From the NCBI GenBank assembly GCA_964016885.1, contig OZ024743.1:48484001-48548000 (forward strand): DNA of 64,000 nucleotides, written 5' to 3'. The first letter of the stretch is position 1. Every line of letters starts with the position of its first letter. Below are positions 39,366-50,346 of the stretch, one piece after another. This stretch comes from Eledone cirrhosa (lineage: Eukaryota). The notes under the pieces are model-generated. The model saw nothing but the letters and a program-made list of their open reading frames with translations. It was not told the DNA's origin and ran no database searches. Position numbers and translations under genes: made by a program.

Positions 39366-41847
39366 GGGGGGGGGGGGGGGGGGGCAATGTTTAGGAGATG
39401 TAAGCATATGCACGCACGTGCTCACACGCAGTAGGGAAGCAGACATGAGTGTGTTTTAAGGAAAAAAACGCTAGTTTACTTTGGTTTTCTATGTTTTTAT
39501 TCTTAACATCTCTGATATTCTTCTAGATATACCTCATGAATATTCATTATAGTCTTCTCCAGTTTTAACCCTTGATATATGCACTCACCAGTTAAAGCTG
39601 CCTTGTTTTACTTATTTATTCTAAGATCTTTGCTAGATGATGTGCTAATATAAGTGATCATCATTAAAGTAAAACTGCCTGAATCTACCTTTAGTTCTAT
39701 GGTATCAAGCTGTTTGTTTTTAAAGCATTTATATTCATCTAAAAGCCTCTCATTGTACTTTTATACTAGAAATTTTCTTGCATTATGCTCTGAATATGAG
39801 TTTAAGATTGAAAAATTTTGTTATATTACTAAATACTTCCACATATTTGATAATTTTGAAAATTATTTGAAAATAATGTCTTTTATTAGAAATATGATAA
39901 TCAAAGACTTAATGATGTTTTACACCCATATATGATTGGAAGATTTAGCAAAATTTACATAATTATGTGAATTATTATAGCAGGGATTTTACTTGTTGAT
40001 ACTAACAGTGGAATTTTTATCACCATGTATGCAGCTGTTATTACTGTTATATCAGCCATTGAAGTATAATTTCCTACTTCCATCTGCTGCCCTACTATCT
40101 GCTTTTGACACGTGTCTGTTCACACAAAGCAACCAGATCACGCAAACACCTATGTATTACATATTACATGATTATTTTTAAAAAGAAAGTGTTTAGTAGC
40201 CTATTTGATTATTGGGGCATCCCTGACAGCAACTTTATATAGTTAAGTAAATCAAGACATGCCAAGCCTATCCCTTGTCAACTGATGACAACATCCAACA
40301 ATGAACCAGAGGAAATTACTTTGAACTACTTGTATGTGTGTTAGGGTTGCACAGATTATTCAGATTATTCAGCAGATAATTAGTATCAGCCATATCAGTA
40401 TCGGATAATTTTTACTGATTAATCAGTTTTGATAATCGGCCATTATTCTTTTTAATAGGCATGTATGTTGGAGCAAGAGAACAATGAGTGACAGAGAAAT
40501 TCAGAGTAATATAAACTCTGTCCTTAATGCTTAAACATGTTGATCTACACAACAAAACATCATTAAGCTACTTGGAACTGCTCAGGGTGTGTCAAAATAG
40601 AAGAGAAACCTTCCTACCCACCTGAGAGGATATGGGATTAATTGATGTTTTAAAAAGGAATTAATTTGAATACAATAAAAATACTGATTATAGATTTATT
40701 CAAAAGGGTTTTCAGAAATTTCCCAGTTAAAATAATTCCTGTTATCTTAACTAAAAAAAATGGATGATCAAGTTTAAGAAGTCATAAATTATAATGTGAA
40801 AACAAAAGTTTCTCTGTTTTAGAGAATAGTCAATTTCTTGTAACCTCATGATAAAATCAATCTAATTTTGCTCTCAAATAGGGGCTCCATAACTGTGACT
40901 AATTATAAAATATTATAATATATTACTCAATTACATTATGCTAAATTGGTATCAGCCAATAAGACTGTATAGGGATGAAACCTGTTGATGTAGAGAGGAT
41001 GGTGAAAGTTTCAGTTTCTGCATTGGTAGTATTGGGGACAAGTGTGAGAGCCAAAAAAAGTTGTAATCATTGAAGTCAACAAGTCTGTAAAAGTAATGAC
41101 TTCAGTGTAATAAAATAGATGTCTTTGATCCAGGAAAAGATATAGTTAACAGTTGTTGGTGACTGGAGGAATTGAGAATGTGGTAAAAGGTAGAAACAGA
41201 CTAACTGAATGTCTTTGAATTAGCATTCACAGAACATCATTTTCTAAAACTAGAGAAATTGAAATATGTAGAATAAAGTGTCCAAACCAAATCTACCTTC
41301 ATTTGTAAATAAGATAAAGTGTTATTCATATTATTATTCAAATTATTCAAACATCTTGCATTTATAAAATCATCATCAGCAGCATCGTTTAACATCCATT
41401 TTCCACACTAGCTCATCAAAATTCTATGAACTTTCCAACACATGATCCACAGATCCAATTAGCCCTAGCTATATGGAAAAACATTTTAAACACTGAATAA
41501 CTGTCTTGGAATTAGTAATAAAATGGTGAATTATGTCAGCTTTTTGGTTTGTGTTTAACTCTTTTGATATCCAATAGCCTAAAACTGCCATCTGGTTCTA
41601 GGCTACAGAGCTATTTATTTTAAAGTATTTATACTTATCTAAAAACCTTTCATCATAATTGTATCAAAGAACCTTTGTAACATTCCAAACAACAGCTTAT
41701 TAATGACAAAGTTATATTATTAAATCCTTCAAATCATTCTGGTTTGGGCTGGATAGCTCATTGCAGTCCAAAAACAAGTCAGATAACCATATCCTGCTCA
41801 GAGGCTCCATATTTTGACATGATTTCTGTGATAGAATGACTTCTTAA

Positions 41848-42068
41848 CCCTTTAGCATTTAAACCGGCCGTATCCGGCCAGAATTCTTTCACGTCCTTCT
41901 GTTCAAACCGACTGTAACCGGCTTCTCATACTGATGTTAAGGTATTATTCTCAAAATAAATGATATCAAAATCTCATAGATTCGATATTATGTGACATAA
42001 GTATGTGAAGTAAAGCCTTTACCATGAAAATACAATAGTAAATATAGAGTAATATAAATGCTAAAGGG
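41848..42068 (+). mobile_element. piggyBac-type MITE family B
   Basis: TTAA TSD and perfect 14-bp TIR CCCTTTAGCATTTA...TAAATGCTAAAGGG. Confidence 0.9.
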
Positions 42069-44860
42069 TTAATGTCAATCACAAGAGTGTACTGGGTGCA
42101 TTTTATCATGGCTGGAGCCCCAAAGAAATTGTCAAGTCCTCAACAAGATAAAGGGTTCTCTTTACCTTTCATTGCCTTTGTTCATTCATCAACCACTTTA
42201 CAAGGGGTTGAAAATTCTTGATTATTTTCAAATAGGATAACAAAAGGGTTAAATTTTTCTTCTGGGTGGTGGTTGAATTTAAAATCCCTGCTACAATTGT
42301 TCATTTAACCACAGAGTGAATGGTCTTAGTTTTCTAACCTTAGTGTAATCCCACTTTTGTGATATCAGAATTTAAATTTAATTATAAAACATGCCACAGA
42401 TGTACACAACATATTCTGGCATTGACACATTTTAGAGTATAGAAGAATAGAAATAAAAACAGTAACTCTTTTAAATATAATCAACATTTCATAAACATTT
42501 CAGTTGATTTGTTGTAGGAGTATTGCATTTATTATTCAAAATAATCTGACCTTATTGTTTGAAGGTCACATTTATTTTAAAAGGACATGAATGTTGTCTA
42601 TGAACTTGTAATGAATAAATTATGTAAACATGATTATCTATTTTAATGTATGTGTGTGTGTCTGTATATATATATGTGTGCACGTGGACATGGAAATACT
42701 TGGTTTGGTACCGAAGTGAGAGACTCTTAGTCCTTATTAGGACATCATTCTAGGAGACAGTAAACTCTGATGTAAATAAAACCTATGGCTCAACCGCATC
42801 CAATGATATTGACCTGTTCTTCTTTTTCAAAGAGTGGAATTGGACCAGTACAATTTTTTTTTTTTCATTTAAAAAAGCTTCAAGCATAGGCATCACTTGA
42901 TCTAAACATCTTACATGTGTTGCACGAGCATGTCTGGCCATAGCCAAACACTTTTTCTGTACCATTCATGTATGGGAGAGGGATCAAGTGATGGTAATTC
43001 TCAAAATCAAGATGCAGCCATCACACACACACACGCGTTAGTTTAGGTACATATATATATATATATCACTGTTGTTTTAATGTCTGCTCTCCCTGTTAGC
43101 AAGAGTTAAGTCTACATATACTAAGTCAGTACTGAAGTGAAGCTACTGATCTCCCAGTCAGGCCAGGGATCTGCATCTCTCTTATTTACAGTCTCGCATT
43201 CTACCAAGTGCATAGAGGAGGGTGTCATGTGTTTGACACAATCAGGGCTCCTCCCAACTCTTTGTTTGGCAAGATTTCTATTATTGTATTCCCTTCCTAC
43301 CACCAACTAATTTAGAGTGTGAACTGGGTGTGTTTATCATGCAGATCACCAACACTAGGGAGATTGTCATGTCCTTAACACCCTTTTTTTGGCAAGCTTT
43401 CTATGGCCGGATGCCCTTCCTATCATCAGCCACTTTACAGCGTGTACTTGTGTGTTTATTGTGTAGATCAGAAACACTAGGGAGGCTGTCATGTCCTTGA
43501 CACGACTGAAGCGTCCTCCCAACGCTTTTAGAAAACTATCCCCAGCTGGATGCCCTTCCTCTCACCAACCACTTCATGGGGGCAGCAGCTTGGAATGGGG
43601 GGGGGGGGGGGGGGGGTAGTGTTGTTGGTTGTTGGTTGTGATGTTAGTGAGTGCTAGTGGAAGGGGGCACATGGGGGTAGGTCAAGTCACATTGTATACT
43701 GCAGTTCAGGCCTTCTTCCGCACCACATGTTTTTACACTAAATGTCTTAAAATATATAACTCAAACACATATTTATATTATTGTTGACTCTGGTTTGCTT
43801 TATATATCAAGTGCTGGTTGCTGTATTCATATTCAACTGGGAAACTGCAAGTAGATAGCAAAGTTGTTCTCCTACATTAAAGTTTGGAGGAATACTTTAC
43901 AAGGATTCTTGTAATATGTAATTGGAAAATACAAAAACAGTTAAAGTTTAATGTTGAAGTAATTTCAATGTTGGAATATATTTAATATAAACGCAGGGTT
44001 AAGGAGTTTGATTTACAACTATGTGGTTTCAGGTTCCTCTCTTTCTATGTTGGACTTTTGCTATTGCCCCAGGTTGACTTACGTCAGTGAAATTTGGTAA
44101 TGAGAAACTGCAGAACCCCGTTATATGTGTGTTTACATCAGTGTCTATGTCCTGTAACATAGCGGTTCAACAAAAAAGATTAATAAAATGAATATCTGAC
44201 TTGAAAGAATAAGTATTTTGGTAAATATGATCAACTAAATCTCTTTAAGACAGTGCTCCAGCATGACTGCAGTCTAAAAACTGAAATTAGTAAAAAGAAA
44301 AAAAGAGAATTACTATTGTTTATCTCTGTAACATTACCATATTTAGGGTTGTGCAGGATATTGTGATCATCATTATCATTGTTTAATGTCTACTTTTCCA
44401 AACATGCATGGGTTAGACAGGTTGTCATGTTATGAGACAAGTGAGGTCCAGAGATCACATCATGCTCAAATGGCTGGATGTCCTTTGTAACACTAACCAC
44501 AATACAGTGTGGACTTGGTCCTTTTTATTGTGTCACTGAAATGACCACCTTACAAGGTGAAGTGGTTGCGTCACCAACACAACCACCTTACAGGCTGGAC
44601 TGGGTCCTTTTTTTCATGTAACCAGCAGGACCACCTTACAGTATGCTGTTTTTAGAAATTGTTCTGTGGCTGGACTATATTATTGAGAGATTTGTGTTTT
44701 TTGGAATAATTCTTTGTGGAGCAACTATTTCTTATGTCTATTCATATTCACATGGAATTACAATTCATTATGTTCCATAGTGACTAAAAGAAACTAGATA
44801 ATATAATTCTCTTTGATGAATGCAGATGCATAATTGGTATTTTTTTTTTTTCATTCAGTT

Positions 44861-45444
44861 TTTGGCACTCCAAAGAATGGCAAGTTTCTTTGGTACTCCA
44901 AAGAATGGCAAGTTTCTTTGGTGTTCCATAGAATGGCAAGTTTCTTTGGTGTTCCATAGAATGGCAAGTTTCTTTGGTGTTCCATAGAATGGCAAGTTTC
45001 TTTGGTGTTCCATAGAATGGCAAGTTTCTTTGGTATTCCATAGAATGGCAAGTTTCTTTGGTATTCCATAGAATGGCAAGTTTCTTTGGTGTTCCATAGA
45101 ATGGCAAATTTCTTTGGTGTTCCATAGAATGGCAAGTTTCTTTGGTATTCCATAGAATGGCAAGTTTCTTTGGTGTTCCATAGAATGGCAAGTTTCTTTG
45201 GTGTTCCATAGAATGGCAAGTTTCTTTGGTGTTCCATAGAATGGCAAGTTTCTTTGGTATTTCATAGAATGGCAAGTTTCTTTGGTGTTCCATAGAATGG
45301 CAAGTTTCTTTGGTGTTCCACAGAATGGCAAGTTTCTTTGGTGTTCCACAGAATGGCAAGTTTCTTTGTTGTTCCATAGAATGGCAAGTTGCTTTGGTGT
45401 TCCATAGAATGGCAAGTTGCTTTGGTGTTCCATAGAATGGCAAG
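44861..45444. repeat. 28-bp minisatellite, ~21 copies
   Basis: Unit CATAGAATGGCAAGTTTCTTTGGTGTTC, head-to-tail with no spacers. Confidence 0.97.
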
Positions 45445-45490
45445 CATTAGAATGTTAATAGTTTAAATTTCATTATTTCATTTTATGAAA

Positions 45491-45935
45491 TCAAATCCTA
45501 CCAAACTCAACTTTACTTGTCATCCTTTGGAGTTGATAAAAGTACTAGTCAATTTTATTAATATTCCTTTCCCTCTAAAATTGTGGGTTTTGTGCCCAAA
45601 TCAGAAACCATTATTATCATTTCAAATCCCGCCGAGGTTAACTTTGCCTTTCATCCTTACGGGGTCGATAAAATAAAGTACCAGTAATGTACTGGGATAA
45701 TTGCTGGCCTTGTGCCAAAAGTAGAAACAATTGTTATCATTATCATCAGGGCGGTGGATTGGCAGTATTGGTAGAGGGTCAGATGCCATGCTTTGGCGCA
45801 TAGAGTTACGGCCCTTGCCATTCTGAGTTCAAATCCCGCCGAGGTTAACTTTGCCTTTCATCCTTACGGGGTCGATAAAATAAAGTACCAGTAATACACT
45901 GGGTAATTGCTGGCCTTGTGCCTAACGTAGAAACA
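45491..45935 (+). mobile_element. Chimeric SINE insertion with 19-bp TSD (left arm of long inverted repeat)
   Basis: ATTATTTCATTTTATGAAA at 45472-45490 and 45936-45954. Full SINE at 45749-45935, preceded by an inverted copy of 46227-46484. Confidence 0.85.
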
Positions 45936-46035
45936 ATTATTTCATTTTATGAAACTTATTTAATAAGGTAGACAACCTTGTACATCAGAAATGTGGTTTA
46001 TTAATAGTAATAATAATGATGATGATAATGATAAT

Positions 46036-46559
46036 AATTGTTTCTACTTTTGGCACAAGGCCAGCAATTATCCCAGTGTATTACTGGTACTTTATTTTAT
46101 CGACCCCGTAAGGATGAAAGGCAAAGTTAACCTCGGCGGGAGTTGAACTCAGATCATAAAGGGCCATAACTCTTTGCTGCAAAGCATGGCGTCAGACCCT
46201 CTACCGATACTGCCAATCCATCGCCCTGATGATAATGAAAATAATTGTTTCTACTTTTGGCACAAGGCCAGCAATTATGCCAGTACATTACTGGTACTTT
46301 ATTTTATCGACCCCGTAAGGATGAAGAGCAAAGTTAACCTCGGCGGGATTTGAAATGATAATAATGGTTTCTGACTTGGGCACAAAACTCACAATTTTAG
46401 AGGGAAAGGAATGTTAATAAAATTGACTAGTACTTTTATCAACTCCAAAGGATGACAAGTAAAGTTGAGTTTGGTAGGATTTGATTTTTAAAAAAATGAA
46501 ACAAATACCACAGAGTATTTTTTTTTTTATATTCTAACAATTCTGCCAATCCACTGGCC
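46036..46559 (-). mobile_element. Tandem cluster of three tRNA-derived SINEs (right arm of inverted repeat)
   Basis: Full copy 46036-46226, truncated copy ~46240-46355, older copy ~46360-46559. Confidence 0.85.
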
Positions 46560-46601
46560 AGATAATAAATTCTGTTTTATTTATTACTTTTTGTGTTTCA
46601 G

Positions 46602-46661
46602 GTTTATCTATGAAACGGAACAATTTAATGGAGTTGGAGAATTGTTAGAGATATTAGGCAG
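46602..46661 (+). CDS. PPP2R5: PP2A B56 internal exon (60 nt, phase 2-2)
   Basis: TTTCAG acceptor, AG|GTAAGT donor. Translates to (R)FIYETEQFNGVGELLEILG(S), continuing the frame. KTVLH/LRAFI/NGVGE residues suggest the alpha/epsilon/widerborst-like subgroup. Confidence 0.95.
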
Positions 46662-47328
46662 GTAAGTAATCTCAAAAGACATTTCTAATTATTTAATTAT
46701 TCAATACTTTCAGCTCCCTTGTGTCATGAAACAACTGGTGATTTTCGTGTCACCCAAAAAACATTGGTTGATACCCAGCATTTATATATTGAAGTTTCAT
46801 TTAATGTTAACTTCTTCCACTTTGTTTTTATACCTCAATACCAATATTGTTGGCATTTTTTTTAATGCTTTTATGGGTTGGGTGGGTTTTCTGCAGCACA
46901 GCATCTCATTGTCTGTTGCTGTCCTTTGACATATTGGTGAGATCATCTTTCACTGCTTCTTCCCATGTCTTCCTCTTCTATAAGTTCTTGCCATTTGGAT
47001 TGCTTGGCACTAATTTATCAAACTGACACTCCTCATACACATCACACGGTCATATAAGTGCAACCTCTTTTGTACACTTCATTCATGGACACCAACATTA
47101 TCCAACAGAGAATGCTCCTCTCATTTTTTCTATCCTACATGCATTTTCTCCATTGATTCATGTTTTGGTACTGTACACTATCCCACGTCTAAATTATCTT
47201 AACTCTACGTAAAGACACTCACAAGGCTAGAGTTTATCCAAGCCTTGGGTAATATATACAGATGGAAATCAGTTAGTTGGATTATAATTGAAATTCATAG
47301 GGCCAACTTTATCACTGTGTTATGTTAA

Positions 47329-47538
47329 CCCTTTAATGTTCAAACCGGCCAGATTTCTCTACCTCTTTCTGTTGAAACTGGCTGTAACCGGTCGCTCAAA
47401 CTGATGTTAAGGTATTGTTCTCAAAATAAATACTTTCAAAATCTCATAGATTCGATATTATGTAAGATAATTATACAAGGTAAAGCCTTTACCATGAAAG
47501 TATAATAGTATATATAGAGTAATGCAAATGCTAAAGGG
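47329..47538 (+). mobile_element. piggyBac-type MITE family B
   Basis: TTAA|CCCTTTAATG...ATGCTAAAGGG|TTAA, homologous to 41848-42068. Confidence 0.88.
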
Positions 47539-47814
47539 TTAATTTAACATGGTTTTTAAAAAGTCAACAAATGGTAATTCTCAGCAATTTCACATCCATT
47601 TTCCATGTTGACTAAAATGACAAAAATTTCATTCAGTCATTGAAACTTTAAGATTGGCATCTCTTTAATGCAGAGCAAGTTGTTATTAATGCCACTTAAT
47701 CCCACAATCATTACACCTGCATTATATGTGTGTGTGTATGTGTAAACACACATGCATGCGTACACACACACATACATATATATATAGAGAGAGACATAAT
47801 ACACCAGCTCTCAA

Positions 47815-48290
47815 TAATCAGAAGAAGGCAGGATGGTGTAAAGGCCAAACCTGCAATCTTCAATTCGGTATCCATGCCTATCCTTACCTATGGCCATAAA
47901 TCTTGGGAAATGATTGAAAGAATACAAGCAATAGAAATAAGATTCTTCCGAAGGGTCTTTGGGTGTAACATTACTTGATAGGGCGCATAACCTGGTAATC
48001 AGGGAATTGTGCCAGGTAGAGCTTCTATTTCTCTGCATCGAGAGATCTCAGCTCTGGTACTACAGATTTGTGGTTAGAATGTCTAAGGAGAGAATCACTG
48101 GTCAGATTTTACAGGCAACGCCAATCAGCAGGAGACCCAGGGGTAGACCCTGAGCAAGATGATTGGACAACATCAGTTGGTCTCACTTGGGGATCCAGCT
48201 AGATCATTTGGAGATAGTTGCTTCTGGTGGGACCTTCTGGAAAGTGTATCTAAGAACTCTGCCCCAATGACCCTCTCAGGAATAAGGAGG
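47815..48290 (+). mobile_element. RTE family 2, 3' fragment
   Basis: PILTYGHKSW...RFFRRVFGVTLLDR...RRPRGRP, homologous to 27420-27900. Confidence 0.8.
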
Positions 48291-49960
48291 TCAAGAAGAA
48301 AAATCCCAGTTTTCATATCATGCCAAATTTGAATTGTTTCATTTAATGTCTTTCTCACCACCACTACCTACCTAACTCTTTAACCAATAACTACACAAGT
48401 GTTTTAAAGCCATTTTCCCTGTTAAAGCAAGTGGGTAGCCTTGTGGATCATCATTAGGTCCTTTTAGAGGTAATGTTTTACAGCAGGATGCCCTTCCTGA
48501 TGCCCATGCTTTTAGTTGTTTCTTATGTTATGTTATAGATTTCTCTCATTTGCACATAACTGATCAAGCCCATTGGGTTGAAAAGTAAAGTCAACACTGA
48601 TGAGATATGAACTCCGAACATAAGGTGACATTATTACATATTTCAATGCATTTTCTCTATCATGCTATTATTTTTACCTTTCTAAAATACATTAATACAA
48701 CAATTATTCTAAGGCTATTTTCCCTGCTAAGGCAGAGGTTAGCCATGCCGGTCCCATGAAACTTGTTGATCGCATGGGTCGGACAGGACTTTTTGAGGTA
48801 ATGTTTTACAGCTGGAAGCCCTTTAGTTGCTGTTTACGTCACAAAGATATAGTGTGCCTACTATGAACCATTTTAATTAATTACCTTGTTTAATAATTAT
48901 TTCCTTAATCTTGTCTTATCTCTGCCAGCAAAACATATGTCTGTAAAACCTCTACATAGTTAGCCATGGCCTCATGGTTGGATTATGACTGAATGGTACA
49001 TATTAAACAATATATTTGTCTATTATAGCAGCCTTTATGTATGCAATTGTTACAATAATGTACTATTACAATTATAACTGTTTCTTTAAGAAAATTCCCT
49101 CAAAAGGACTAATAAATGTTCATCAAGTAAGCTTTTCATGGAGACTGTTTTCAACCAGAAAGCTGTTGATGACCTTATTTATAAGTTACTACATAACTAG
49201 ATAAGGAGCTGACAGTTTGTGCCCTATCACCAGCACTGATACTGTCATCCTTTTGATATTACACCATGTGGAAGACACTATTTCTATGATAGAAAACTTT
49301 ATCTACCTAAAAACCTTTCTTTGGTTTGTTCTGTACACCAGATAAAGTTATTTTAGTAAATCCCTCTGAATTTTTGATTATTTTCAAAATTATTTGAAAA
49401 TCATAGGTAGAGTTATTAAAAATATAATAAATGGACAAATCAATCTTAATCTTCTATAGTGTTGAAAACCTGACATACATATTTTTTCAAAAGCCGTCAA
49501 TTTTACAACCATGGATATTTTGTATATCATTGCAATGAAAAGTTGCACAGCTAAAGTATTCAATCTTTCTAAATAAGAGCTGCATTTATTTTTAGATTGA
49601 CAATCTGTAGTACATTTAGTACATTCTTTGTCCAGGTGTACAATACAAAGTAAATGTACACGCGCGCGCACACACACACACACACTTATATATACAATGG
49701 TAAACATATGTATAAATAGTAATATATCTTGTTTGTACATTATTTGTGTTAGAATATATATAATATATATTCTAACACAAATATTGACCCAAGATATTTT
49801 ATGCATGTCAATAGAAAATCTGTTGGTATGTGTTAATTTTGAAACAGAACTGCCAACTTTCCTCATACATATCCCCATATAACACATCTCTCACAGTTCT
49901 ACTTCTACTTGTGTGTCACTTAAATTGAATAAATTAGAAAATGTTTGAGTTAGGTATATT

Positions 49961-50303
49961 CATTCATCATTCATTTCATTTTACGTCCACTTTTCCCTGC
50001 TTGCAAGGGTGGGACGGGAACTGATTCTGGCTTGATTTCTACAGCTGGATGCCCTTCTTAACACCAACTTCATTTACAGTGAGTGCTGAGTGCTTTTTTT
50101 TCCAGTGGCACCTACACGTCCACTTTACAGTGGAATGATATGGACCCCAGTCCCTATCATCTCATTTCTACAGCTGAGTAAACTGGAGCAATGTGAAATA
50201 AAGTGTCTTGCTCAAGGAAACAACACATCACCCGGTCTGAGAATTGAACTCACAACCTTTCGATTGCAAGGCCAATGCTCTAACCACTAAGCCATGTGCC
50301 TCC
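49961..50303 (-). mobile_element. tRNA-derived CORE-type SINE with RTE-derived tail
   Basis: Minus strand GGAGGCACATGGCTTAGTGGTTAGAGC...GAGTTCAATTC...CCTTGAGCAAGACACTT. Near-identical to 61458-61780. Confidence 0.85.
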
Positions 50304-50346
50304 ATATTATTCATAGATTTTCATATATGAGTATGAAGGGAATAAT

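Noticed and set aside
44861-45444. CRISPR-like array or repetitive ORFs (44784..45443 etc.)
   Set aside because: The units are contiguous with no unique spacers, there are no cas genes, and the context is eukaryotic. The ORFs are just the 28-bp period read through three frames.
50225-50303. tRNA gene
   Set aside because: The A/B boxes continue into a CORE-like body and LINE tail, and the sequence is multi-copy, so it is a SINE head.
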